Source of the DNA: a virus
Lineage: Duplodnaviria > Caudoviricetes
IMG/VR virus record: IMGVR_UViG_3300008255_000207
Location: 1-43,165 of that record
Length of the DNA stretch: 43,165 bases
Reading direction: 5' to 3' (one strand)
Position 1 is the stretch's first letter, and every line of letters begins with the position of its first letter. The notes beneath the pieces are model-generated. The model made no database searches, had not been told where the DNA came from, and worked only from the letters and a program-made list of their open reading frames with translations. Made by a program: the position numbers and the translations under genes. This document shows, one piece after another, positions 35,330 to 43,165 of this stretch.

Positions 35330-36951
35330 TAGTAGTTGGCCTTAATCGCCTTGCGGATCGGCTGCTCATCAAAGGGTGGGAACAAGAAGCGCAGCAGGTA
35401 GCCCAAGGCATCGGAAATGTGGGTTAAAAGTTTGTCAGTTTTGTCAATTTGGCCCTCTTTTTTAAGGTCTGGCCTAACCTTGCGCATGTCTTGCACCAGG
35501 CGTTTGCAGCGCTTGGGGTCAATATAAAGGCGCGGGGCCCCGATGGTTGGGCGCAGGAGAGCATTAACTGCATTGGTCCTCTCGATCACCTGTGGATTGA
35601 ATGTGATTGTGGGGATTGTCAGACGCTTGCGAAAGACCCGCCCAAGAATGTCTTTTGCTACCTGGTACTCAGAAACAGTTTGGCCATGGCCACCGCTGGC
35701 ATCGCCATAAAAATGCAATTCGCCTTTGTGGTTGCCGAATTTATGGCCGTCGCATTCTCTCTCAAGGAATGCTTCACATAGGCCAGCCGTGTCGCCGTTT
35801 GGGAGTATGAATTCGTCTAAAACCTGAACATCCCAATCCCCTTGGCCATTGTCAAAGAGTTGGCAAACGGCAGCCTCAAGTGGGCTGGTACTCAGGATAT
35901 TAAAATCTGAGGTGAGGTAGAGTGGGGCATAGGGGTTGTAATCATACTTTTTGACATTATTTACCCCGTCACGATAGGCCCGGTACACCCTGCCAGACTG
36001 ATCAATGACGATTCGGGCAAAGACTTCTTGCAGGGCCTTGAGCGGGTCAATGGTGCGCAGGAGTGGCAAAAGATAATCTTGCCAATCGAGATGCCTAGCT
36101 TCAGTTGAGCTTTGGAAGGTCACACGGTAAAGTTTTTGAGCTTCGGGATCCACCGGGTTGAATTCTTCCCACGTCCAATTGTCGCCGGGTAGATCAGGGA
36201 TTCCCACAACCATGCCCTGTAGTTTGTGGCTCTTTTTACAGCGCAGGCGCCGCTTCATTTCTTGAAAGGCTGCCGAGGCAGTATCTGCAATTTCATCCAG
36301 AGCAAACCATCCTATATTTACCCCGCGGATTCGTTTCCAGCCCGTGAGGGTGCGGGTCAGGATATGGGCAACCTTACCTACACCCACTTTGATCGAAATG
36401 GTATTTTTGTAGCCACCCTTAAATTTGCTCGAGGCCTTCCATGATTTTGGTGGCTTGCTGTTGATGACATACTCAAGACCGCTTTCGTCCAGCAGCTCAT
36501 AGAAATGTGGCAGAGTACTCTGAGCCAGCTGCGTGAACGTATTTGCAGCGAGGAGCCCGGTTGTCTCCCAATTTGTCAGAACTCGGCGCAGCGCGTAGCG
36601 GGCTAGAACATAACTTTTGCCGGTACCCACGCCAGCGCACAGCCAGTGGTAACGGTAGGGAGAATTGAGAAAGAGCCAAACTTGCAGACTAATTTCATCT
36701 TTGATCGTCGCTGTGGTGGCAACATCAATCTTATTGGCCAATTTTGGGAAGAGCTTTGCATTGTCCTTGCGGGCTTCGGTCAGAGCATCGGCCAAACCAT
36801 CAAAATCTTCTGCACAGCCCAAATGACCATCGCCACCGGTCCAGGTGTGCGGGTCTTGATTGGGGAGTGCTTTTTCAAGAATACGCCAGAGTGCTTTGCC
36901 GCCTTTGCTCTGCAGTAGCTCTGCTGCACTATTCATCATCACGGGCTTCAA
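35329..36951 (-). CDS. terL: Terminase large subunit
   Basis: Walker A AGVGTGKS, Walker B WFALDE, nuclease SDFN, YGDASG and HISDALGY. Confidence 0.93.
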   Translation of the reverse strand: MKPVMMNSAAELLQSKGGKALWRILEKALPNQDPHTWTGGDGHLGCAEDFDGLADALTEARKDNAKLFPKLANKIDVATTATIKDEISLQVWLFLNSPYRYHWLCAGVGTGKSYVLARYALRRVLTNWETTGLLAANTFTQLAQSTLPHFYELLDESGLEYVINSKPPKSWKASSKFKGGYKNTISIKVGVGKVAHILTRTLTGWKRIRGVNIGWFALDEIADTASAAFQEMKRRLRCKKSHKLQGMVVGIPDLPGDNWTWEEFNPVDPEAQKLYRVTFQSSTEARHLDWQDYLLPLLRTIDPLKALQEVFARIVIDQSGRVYRAYRDGVNNVKKYDYNPYAPLYLTSDFNILSTSPLEAAVCQLFDNGQGDWDVQVLDEFILPNGDTAGLCEAFLERECDGHKFGNHKGELHFYGDASGGHGQTVSEYQVAKDILGRVFRKRLTIPTITFNPQVIERTNAVNALLRPTIGAPRLYIDPKRCKRLVQDMRKVRPDLKKEGQIDKTDKLLTHISDALGYLLRFLFPPFDEQPIRKAIKANY

Positions 36952-37495
36952 TGGCAGAAATCAAAAGAGCCATCAGTTCAGGTGTGAGCTCCATACCACC
37001 TGGCAGATACACATTTTGCTCAAAGCGCACGGCAGTAATTTCGTCGTCGTCGTCCCGATCTTTTTCGTATGCGCCAAGAAGGCGGTTTCGGTTGACCATG
37101 AGACTATCTATGGTTTTTATAAACTCAGGATCCCCAGCTTGAACCCAGCTGACAACAGTATCAGTTTCAATAGATCCTTTGCTGGTTTCTCCGGAGACGC
37201 TTGTGCTTTTTTCCATCTCACCCACGCTACGCAACCAGCCGTCCCAGGCTTCACGGATCAGCATGTTGTAACGCTCAAGCTCTTCAGCAATATGGGTCTG
37301 CATTTTGAAATCTGTACGCTGTTTGATGATGCGCCTGCGCGCTTTGGTAAAAATGCGCCTGGCAGTTTCATAATTGACGCCCGTTTTTTTTTCGATGTCC
37401 CGCCAGCTGTTGCCCATCAGCCGCAAATCTTGGATACTCTGCTCCACTTCAGCGTCAGAAAGCTCTTCTGTGTCTGTTTTTTCGCGTGGGGCCAT
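36929..37495 (-). CDS. Terminase small subunit
   Basis: N-terminal HTH (LRLMGNSWRDIEKKTGVNYETAR). Overlaps the terL start. Confidence 0.7.
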   Translation of the reverse strand: MAPREKTDTEELSDAEVEQSIQDLRLMGNSWRDIEKKTGVNYETARRIFTKARRRIIKQRTDFKMQTHIAEELERYNMLIREAWDGWLRSVGEMEKSTSVSGETSKGSIETDTVVSWVQAGDPEFIKTIDSLMVNRNRLLGAYEKDRDDDDEITAVRFEQNVYLPGGMELTPELMALLISAIEARDDE

Positions 37496-37592
37496 GTCAC
37501 ACCATTACTGTTCTGGGCTTACTTCAAATTGAAGTACCATGTTGTTTTTCTGCCAATTTGGGCGCGTGTGACAAACTCGATTTTGACAGCTA

Positions 37593-38003
37593 TTATTCAC
37601 CATGTTCTGATTTTATAACGGGCTTAGACTGCGCTATTTCAGGATCAGGCGGTAACTTTAGTCCTCTGCGCTGAATATCTTTGAACTCGCCTTGATAATA
37701 GCTGTCTACTATTTCAGCCAGCCGATCTTCCAGCTCTTGGCCATTGGCTCCAGCGTCCATTTCTAAAGCAAAAAGCAAATCTAGGTGCCTAAGGCTGAGC
37801 ACATTATCACCTTGGGATTGGCGTCTGATCAGCTCTTTAGCGGCCCAATCCCAATTGAACAACAACCAGGCGCGAAAGCTTTGCCAGACAGTTAAACGCA
37901 GGGCCTTTTTTGTAACCCGTTGATTACAGCAAGGGCATTTGGGAGCGGCCAACGGCTTGTATTTTTTGCGGTACCTAAAACCTGGAAATTCAAGTTGACC
38001 CAT
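37593..38003 (-). CDS. Hypothetical protein
   Basis: SD AGGT. CPCC motif. Confidence 0.6.
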   Translation of the reverse strand: MGQLEFPGFRYRKKYKPLAAPKCPCCNQRVTKKALRLTVWQSFRAWLLFNWDWAAKELIRRQSQGDNVLSLRHLDLLFALEMDAGANGQELEDRLAEIVDSYYQGEFKDIQRRGLKLPPDPEIAQSKPVIKSEHGE

Positions 38004-38046
38004 GATTTTTACCTACAATAATCAGGACTATTGCATGTGTAGTAAG

Positions 38047-38131
38047 CGCTGAAACCAGCATGGTTACTATGTCAATGACGAACAACACTTTTGATTTTGC
38101 TGGTATTAACGATAGAATGCTGGTTTCAGCG
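38047..38131. repeat. Perfect 15-bp inverted repeat, 55-bp spacer, at the early/late boundary
   Basis: CGCTGAAACCAGCAT (38047-38061) and ATGCTGGTTTCAGCG (38117-38131). Confidence 0.7.
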
Positions 38132-38140
38132 TTTTTTGTC

Positions 38141-38485
38141 TTAAACAAAATTTAAACAAACTCCAGAAGATCTAAGCTTTTGAAGATTGGTTATGCTCAC
38201 TTGTTCAGTAGAATAAAATCCAGCAAACAAGGTGCTGAGATAGCGATGATTGGGTATAAATTGCACCTGTTCGATTATCTCGTCAATATCCAGGTGATTC
38301 AAAACCCATTCAGCTGCCAGTTGAGGGTAGGCAAAGGTCTCGGCAAATATGCGCTCCCAAAGTTTTGAATGAGGCTTTTGGGCGTCTTTTTCTGCATGAA
38401 CTGTAGCTCTGTGCTCAGCGATTAAGTGCAAAGGGATCATCAGATGCCCTTCATCAAGTTGAATACTCAAAAGCTCATGGCTCAT
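38141..38485 (-). CDS. Hypothetical protein
   Basis: SD GGAGGG. ATGA overlap at 38485. Confidence 0.6.
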   Translation of the reverse strand: MSHELLSIQLDEGHLMIPLHLIAEHRATVHAEKDAQKPHSKLWERIFAETFAYPQLAAEWVLNHLDIDEIIEQVQFIPNHRYLSTLFAGFYSTEQVSITNLQKLRSSGVCLNFV

Positions 38486-38973
38486 GCTCTGATACCCTCC
38501 TGACTCCGTTGTTTGGCAATTTCTTTGCGGTAATGAACCAACCAACGGCCATATAGACTGCCTAAGAGTGGTTCGCCAAAAGTATTAAAGAAGGCGTTTT
38601 GTCTGCTGGGATGGCATTCACAAGGCATTGCGATATTGCAAGTTCTGGAATGTTGAACAAGTTCAATCTGCTCAAAGGTGAGCTCTTTGGGCATGCCAAA
38701 TTCAACCCAAATAGGCAAAACAAACACAAAGCTTTTATCCAAGCAAAAGCGGCATTTAAAAGTTTTTTGAGCAAATTTTGCTTCTTTCTGAGATTGTCGC
38801 TGCTGTTCTTGGTGCGCTTTTTTCGCTTCGAGCCAGGCCATTTGCTCAATTTGAGAAAGCGCCTCTACGTCAGCGGCGCACATAAATGCGGCATCTTTAG
38901 GCTTGAAAGCCTTCTTGGAGACAGTCTTAGACACGACGTTTGGAATGGATTCTGAGATATGGCTAAGGCTCAT
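38482..38973 (-). CDS. Zn-binding protein next to the initiator (helicase-loader-like position)
   Basis: CRFC...CECH. SD GGAGG. No Walker motifs. Confidence 0.55.
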   Translation of the reverse strand: MSLSHISESIPNVVSKTVSKKAFKPKDAAFMCAADVEALSQIEQMAWLEAKKAHQEQQRQSQKEAKFAQKTFKCRFCLDKSFVFVLPIWVEFGMPKELTFEQIELVQHSRTCNIAMPCECHPSRQNAFFNTFGEPLLGSLYGRWLVHYRKEIAKQRSQEGIRA

Positions 38974-40001
38974 GTCGAAGCCTCCAATGGGCAAGTGTTC
39001 AAATTGGGAACTTGCCCTGTTTGAAGCCTTGCAACCAGATCTTTCCGCTCTGCTCGAAATTTTTCAAAAGGGCTGTTTTCTCTGCGTTTGCGCTCACGCT
39101 CAGCCAAAATGGTCTGTTGTTCTTCGGGTGAGAGGGCGTTAAAAGCAGCCTTTTCGGCTGCTATTTGAGCCCGAATTTCTTTCTCTGCCTCGCGTTGGGA
39201 TTCTCGCTCAGCGCGAAGCATGGCCGCTTGCTCCTCGGCTTTTTTTCGCTTTTGAGCTTCGGCCTGGTGTTCTAGCCAGGATTTTGGTGCCGGCAGATTG
39301 TCACGCAAGGCAGCCTGAAAAACAGCGACGGGATTGCGCGGATTGTGATACGGCAACCAATCGAGCTGATTGCGGCAAGCTTCGAGGCCATAATTTTGGC
39401 AAAACCTTTCGGCTTGGCTTCGGTTGAGTGGCGAGCCAAGTGATTCCAACGCCAGCATTTTGGCGATCAGTTCTTGGGCATGGGTGGGTCTGTCTTGATC
39501 TTGAGAAAAATTATTTTGCGCGTGCGTCGTCGTCGTTTCTTCTAATTTGGTTTTTTCTAAGATCGTTTCTTCTAATATCCTTTCTTCTATATCATGTGGG
39601 TTTTCCACACGCGGGTTTTCCACATGTGGATTTTCCGCATGTGGATTTTCCGCATGTGGAAAACCCACACACGGTAATTCAACATACGGGGAATCAATAT
39701 CATCAAGGTCTTCAGTGACAATCCATTCGGTTCCCGCAAATTTGGAACCGTTCTTTTTTTTGCGTATTTCAAGTAGCCCAAACATCTGAATTTCTTTCAG
39801 TATGTTGCGCAAAGAGGCTTCGCCATTTTTAGCCCTCAACAGAAGGTCTTTGCGGTTTACGGTCCAGCCGTCTGGGCGTGAGATGAGATAGGCCCATAAG
39901 CCTTTTGCTTCCCACGACAAATTGGGCGATTCTATCACTCGCAGGTCAACAGAATAGTATTTTTGCGTTTTCTTTTTGCGTAGAGTTGTTAATTCTGACA
40001 T
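38970..40001 (-). CDS. Phage replication initiator (N-terminal wHTH)
   Basis: NLSWEAKGLWAYLISRPDGWTV, internal iterons, RNPVAVFQAALRDN C-terminal domain. Confidence 0.85.
   Translation of the reverse strand: MSELTTLRKKKTQKYYSVDLRVIESPNLSWEAKGLWAYLISRPDGWTVNRKDLLLRAKNGEASLRNILKEIQMFGLLEIRKKKNGSKFAGTEWIVTEDLDDIDSPYVELPCVGFPHAENPHAENPHVENPRVENPHDIEERILEETILEKTKLEETTTTHAQNNFSQDQDRPTHAQELIAKMLALESLGSPLNRSQAERFCQNYGLEACRNQLDWLPYHNPRNPVAVFQAALRDNLPAPKSWLEHQAEAQKRKKAEEQAAMLRAERESQREAEKEIRAQIAAEKAAFNALSPEEQQTILAERERKRRENSPFEKFRAERKDLVARLQTGQVPNLNTCPLEAST
39593..39669. repeat. Iterons / putative replication origin
   Basis: Four direct 15-mers CA(T/C)G(T/C)GG(G/A)TTTTCC(A/G) plus one inverted copy, next to an AT-rich tract at ~39540-39592. 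Confidence 0.75.
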
Positions 40002-40010
40002 GCTATCCTC

Positions 40011-40193
40011 CTATGCCCAGCTTGGCCTGTTTTTTGTTTGTGAGAGGCTGCGCTCAACAGCACGTTGGAGTTGCCGTACTTGGACAGATCTGTCCTGTCG
40101 CCATGATTTGAATTCTTCCCAGAGGGTATTCTGATCTTTTTCGGCCCGTAGCTTTGCGGCCGCTTTGAGAACTTTTTTGTATACGTTTGCCAT
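40011..40193 (-). CDS. Small basic hypothetical protein
   Basis: SD TAAGGA. First gene after the structured leader. Confidence 0.6.
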   Translation of the reverse strand: MANVYKKVLKAAAKLRAEKDQNTLWEEFKSWRQDRSVQVRQLQRAVERSLSQTKNRPSWA

Positions 40194-40485
40194 AATCCTT
40201 ACCTCAGATTGTTATTTTTTGTCGAAGCCCGAAGGCCGGGCCAGGGAGCTACCCTGACCCTCAATCATGAGGTACCAGCCGTGGTAGACTGATTTTGTTA
40301 GTTTGGGGTACTACCACGTTTTGTTGGTACCTCTTTTTTTTTGCCCGCTGCTTCGGGGCTGATCACAGGGGGCATGCTATGACCAGGCCGAAAGCAGAAA
40401 ACAAACCGCCGGACCGAATCCCAGCGGGCATACTACTCATATATCACCTAAAAACGCGACAGAAACATCCTTTCTTTTTATTAAG

Positions 40486-40551
40486 TGGCTAAGACGGGAA
40501 TTGAACCCGTCACTTAGGCGAGTGAATCCTAAGCATGGCCAGATTTAGCCA
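40486..40551 (-). ncRNA. tRNA-like RNA lacking a D arm
   Basis: Acceptor-like stem TGGCTAA/TTAGCCA, stem CTTAGG/CCTAAG with 9-nt loop ATTCACTCG, T arm GACGGG-TTCAATT-CCCGTC. No CCA. Confidence 0.6.
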
Positions 40552-40580
40552 AGAAAAAGCCCAGCCATTGCTGGCCGGGC
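40552..40580 (-). terminator. Intrinsic terminator immediately 5' of the tRNA-like RNA
   Basis: GCCCGGCCA-GCAA-TGGCTGGGC followed by TTTTTCTT. Confidence 0.7.
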
Positions 40581-40672
40581 CTGAATTTAATAGTGGAACC
40601 AGACTAAATCTACTCTGCGTTTAACCGCAGCAGGGAGAGCAGGAAACGGTAAACCTGCGCTCGCTGGTGGGG

Positions 40673-40786
40673 TTATCGTGTATCAAATACAGAGTGATTT
40701 ACCGATGCAAGTGATGAATCAAGCGAATTGGTATTAAGCATTCCTTGCGAACCGCCGTAAAGCTCAATCTGTTTTTCATGAGCCAC
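40673..40786 (-). pseudogene. Fragment resembling the N-terminus of a Doc/Fic-family toxin
   Basis: VAHEKQIELYGGSQGMLNTNSLDSSLASV resembles the Doc pattern H..qI..yGG..G.rd...LeSAl. Stops before the Fic catalytic motif. Confidence 0.5.
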
Positions 40787-40813
40787 ACATGTGCAAGAGC
40801 AAAAACAAATTTA

Positions 40814-40896
40814 CCCGCCAAAGCGGGGCGCAGGCAACTACTATGCCCCATTCATTGCCTGCTAATTTTCAAGGTTCACTCGCTGCAAAATGCAGC
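40814..40896 (-). ncRNA. Structured element copy E3
   Basis: On -: GCTGCA/TGCAGC hairpin, GTGAACCTTGAAAATTAG, stem GCAGGCAA/TTGCCTGC around the same 17-nt loop, CCCGC/GCGGG hairpin. Confidence 0.7.
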
Positions 40897-40956
40897 ATGG
40901 AAGGCTCAAAAAGCCCTCTATGCTATACTCTGGCTTTAATTTGATCACAGTTTTTT

Positions 40957-41634
40957 ATGCTTAAACTGATTAGAGTAATAAGCATGAACAAAGAGCAATT
41001 CGAAATTTTAATTGACCTACTCAAAAGCCTGTATCCTGTTTTTCTGGCAATAATGAGCATTCTTTTGACTGCGTTGCTTGGCTTCTTTACCAAACGAATT
41101 GACTTTGCCAATGATTATTTCAAGCTCATTATTGGCAAAAGACTGAAAGCTTACGAATCGATTGAAAAGCTTATGGGTTTGTTTCTGATTGAGTCCAGAA
41201 ATCCTGACGGAAAGGTTGTGAATGCATTTCTGCTCCCTGATTTTATTGATCAGGAAACCGGTGAAAGACTTCCTCTTGTGAATTTGCTCGCAAAATTGAA
41301 CATAGTCTTTTACCAGAACGAACAGTGGCTGAGCAAGGAGTTTGGAGAAATGCTTAAAGTGTTTCTCCAGCTCTGCTCCGATATTGACGGTCCGGAAATC
41401 CTTCATTCCAACCTGCAACACAACAGGCTTTTTGAAGATTGCCTGAAAAGAGCGATAGAGCGGAGAGAAGACCTTGATAAAAGCGCCAAATCTGTAATGA
41501 AGCAATTCCATAGGGACTTTGCTAGTATTCACGATGTTACGGGGTTCTTGAAAGAAAAGAATGAAAATGTTCATATTATGCTCAGAATAGTGAAATTACT
41601 GGAAGCAATAAGACGACTATGGCGAAGCCCATAA
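40957..41634 (+). CDS. Membrane-anchored hypothetical protein (RLKAY motif), moron-like
   Basis: TM segment VFLAIMSILLTALLGFF. AT-rich. Own extended -10 TGcTATACT at 40921-40929. Start 40957 or 40984. Confidence 0.75.
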   Translation: MLKLIRVISMNKEQFEILIDLLKSLYPVFLAIMSILLTALLGFFTKRIDFANDYFKLIIGKRLKAYESIEKLMGLFLIESRNPDGKVVNAFLLPDFIDQETGERLPLVNLLAKLNIVFYQNEQWLSKEFGEMLKVFLQLCSDIDGPEILHSNLQHNRLFEDCLKRAIERREDLDKSAKSVMKQFHRDFASIHDVTGFLKEKNENVHIMLRIVKLLEAIRRLWRSP

Positions 41635-41745
41635 GCATTGAAATAGCGAAATCAATCCCACAGATGTAGTGAAACGGGCAAGCTAATGCCACACAGAGTA
41701 GCATTAGCAATGTTTGCGCCCAATCGCTCGCTAAAAATTTCATAG

Positions 41746-42123
41746 CTAATCCCGATCAAAGCGAGACATGGTATTTGGGTCGAAGCTGATGTGGTCGCCA
41801 TTTTTGTAGGCCTCAAAAGTTTCCTGGCTCACATACCAGGTGTCAATGGACGGCTTGCCACTCTCGCGCTCACCGTAGACAGAAAGAACCCAGTCTTCAT
41901 CATCCACTTCCGTAGTTGGAACCATGACAATTGAAGTGCTCGATGAACTGCCATTTGTCCCCGTCACGACCATACTTTGAACGCTCGAATAGGTGCGTTC
42001 TGGCTGGTGTTCTTTTGACGAAATGACGCCGTAATCAACACCCAGACCGCTGCAACCAATCAGAGACAGTGAGGCAAAGCGAAGTGGAAAAGAGCGAGTA
42101 GTCAGGGGCCTGACTTTAATCAT
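41746..42123 (-). CDS. Putative lipoprotein
   Basis: Basic N-terminus from ATG 42123, lipobox-like LIGC, short hydrophobic region. TTGACA on - at 42190-42185. Confidence 0.55.
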   Translation of the reverse strand: MIKVRPLTTRSFPLRFASLSLIGCSGLGVDYGVISSKEHQPERTYSSVQSMVVTGTNGSSSSTSIVMVPTTEVDDEDWVLSVYGERESGKPSIDTWYVSQETFEAYKNGDHISFDPNTMSRFDRD

Positions 42124-42270
42124 TCGTCCCATTTTTTCTGAAAATCGTCGAAGACTTTGTCCATTTTGCGGGAATGGCAATAAATGTCAATACACAAAAT
42201 GACGGACAGGATTATCGTCAAAACGGACGGAATAATTGTAATGATCTCAAGAGTCAGATTTTTCGACACA

Positions 42271-42297
42271 AAAAATAGCCTCAATATTTATTGAGGC
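42271..42297 (-). terminator. Terminator after XRE-2
   Basis: GCCTCAATA/TATTGAGGC followed by TATTTTT. Two further hairpins at 42317-42369. Confidence 0.6.
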
Positions 42298-42370
42298 CAC
42301 ATGTTACGATAGGAACACCAGGTTGGTCCCTGGTGATTGTTATCTGCCCTCAGCTTTCGAGCTGGGGGCT

Positions 42371-42661
42371 TTATTCTTCCCAATCTGCATAAATATACAA
42401 GCCAAAAAACCGCCCAACTTTACCGAGTGTTTCTATGCCTGGGTTTTTTACGATCCCAGACTCCAGACGCTTGATTGTATTGATATCAATACCAGAAGCT
42501 TTTGAGAATGCATCTTGGGTTCTATACCCATTCTCAGCTCTCAACTTCTTTATCAGGTCTGGTGAGTACGGTTCAAATCTTGGCATTGTAGTACGAAACA
42601 CTCCAAAGCGCGTAATAGCGCGCACCTTCTTGTTATCCATTCTACAACTTGTTTCTTGCAC
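42371..42661 (-). CDS. XRE-family HTH repressor (XRE-2)
   Basis: IKKLRAENGYRTQDAFSKASGIDINTIKRLESGIVKNPGIETLGKV. Start 42661, 42640 or 42586. Confidence 0.85.
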   Translation of the reverse strand: MQETSCRMDNKKVRAITRFGVFRTTMPRFEPYSPDLIKKLRAENGYRTQDAFSKASGIDINTIKRLESGIVKNPGIETLGKVGRFFGLYIYADWEE

Positions 42662-42685
42662 TGTCTTGTGACCTCGTTAACATCG

Positions 42686-42761
42686 ATTTTATTCTATTGA
42701 ACTTAAATTGTCAATAAAATCTTTATTGGCTATTGACTAGTTTACTGTAATAAACTAGAAT
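42686..42761. promoter_or_regulatory. Back-to-back sigma70-type promoters with an operator palindrome
   Basis: - strand TTGACA(42714-42709)-17-TAAAAT. + strand TTGACT(42733-42738)-17-TAGAAT. Palindrome CTAGTTTA-N6-TAAACTAG at 42737-42758. Confidence 0.8.
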
Positions 42762-42815
42762 AATTTTCAGGATAACAAAAACACCCGGCCTCACCAGCCA
42801 GAAAGAAGGACCAAC

Positions 42816-43165
42816 ATGAAAACCTACGAACAGCGTGTTGAAGACGACCTTGCAGAGATTGAATCTGCACTCAAAACGCTCAAAACAAAGAAACAGGAGC
42901 AGACGCTTATCAAAGTGGCGCAAGTCACCCCTGAGCGCATTGCTAAATACCACACCCAAATAAGTCACTGCGATTGCCAAGATTACCAGCGCGGAGGCTC
43001 TTACAGCTCTCCCGATCACCGCGATTGCAAACACACAATCAAGCTTCAAGGCGAAGTGCATTTTTACCAAACCCGTCAGCTTAAAATGGGTATTTGGATC
43101 TGCAATTGCATCGAATGGGATGAAAGTGGCGAAGGGAATCAAGGTTCCTGTGTTCACACCAAAGC
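42816..43165 (+). CDS. N-terminal part of a tandem SWIM zinc-finger protein; continues across the circular junction to 466 (271 aa in total)
   Basis: Not in the ORF track. SD GAAGGA precedes ATG 42816. Translation MKTYEQRVEDD...HCDCQDYQRGGSYSSPDHRDCKH...ICNCIEWDESGEGNQGSCVHTK contains two CxC..CxH SWIM motifs. The frame is open to the window end and in frame with 2..466. Confidence 0.75.
   Translation, partial: MKTYEQRVEDDLAEIESALKTLKTKKQEQTLIKVAQVTPERIAKYHTQISHCDCQDYQRGGSYSSPDHRDCKHTIKLQGEVHFYQTRQLKMGIWICNCIEWDESGEGNQGSCVHTK

Noticed and set aside
36860-37618. 252-aa plus-strand ORF
   Set aside because: Antisense shadow of the terminase small subunit, with no motifs.
40355-40400. Hammerhead ribozyme (CTGATCA...GAAA)
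   Set aside because: The core needs CUGANGA. G8 is missing and the stems do not fit.
40486-40551. Functional tRNA (Sec or opal suppressor, from TCA in the loop) or tmRNA
   Set aside because: No D arm, no long variable arm, a 9-nt loop, no CCA, no G3:U70 pair or tag frame.
41017-41574. 185-aa minus-strand ORF
   Set aside because: Antisense to the RLKAY membrane gene, which has a promoter and a paralogue.
42723-43157. 144-aa minus-strand ORF
   Set aside because: Antisense shadow of the SWIM gene, which has the promoter, SD and motifs.

Overview
The window looks like a complete, circular ~43.2 kb temperate siphovirus-like phage genome. An ORF starting at 42816 reads in frame across the end/start junction and stops at 466. 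The + strand early operon (3732-9438) encodes a SWIM-finger protein, a pentapeptide-repeat protein, a Rad52/Sak-like annealase, Zn-finger proteins and a large serine recombinase fused to two XRE-HTH domains, followed by a perfect 22-bp inverted repeat (candidate attP). The - strand carries a replication initiator with iterons, terminase, portal, a MuF protein with a C-terminal HEXXH domain, capsid, tail (candidate -1 frameshift chaperone), a DinJ-YafQ moron, tape measure, tail fibre and lysis genes. The most unusual part is the control region (40200 through the junction to 3730). It has two paralogous XRE/SWIM divergent switches. It also has four full and three partial copies of a structured non-coding element: hairpin, rrn-type boxA, hairpin with a near-invariant 17-nt loop and covarying stems, hairpin. 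These copies tightly delimit accessory cassettes (PIN pair, two paralogous membrane proteins, truncated DUF4145 and Doc fragments), and one copy is a visible chimera of two others. A highly structured leader with a D-arm-less tRNA-like RNA follows one copy. All calls come from reading the sequence; no database searches were run.
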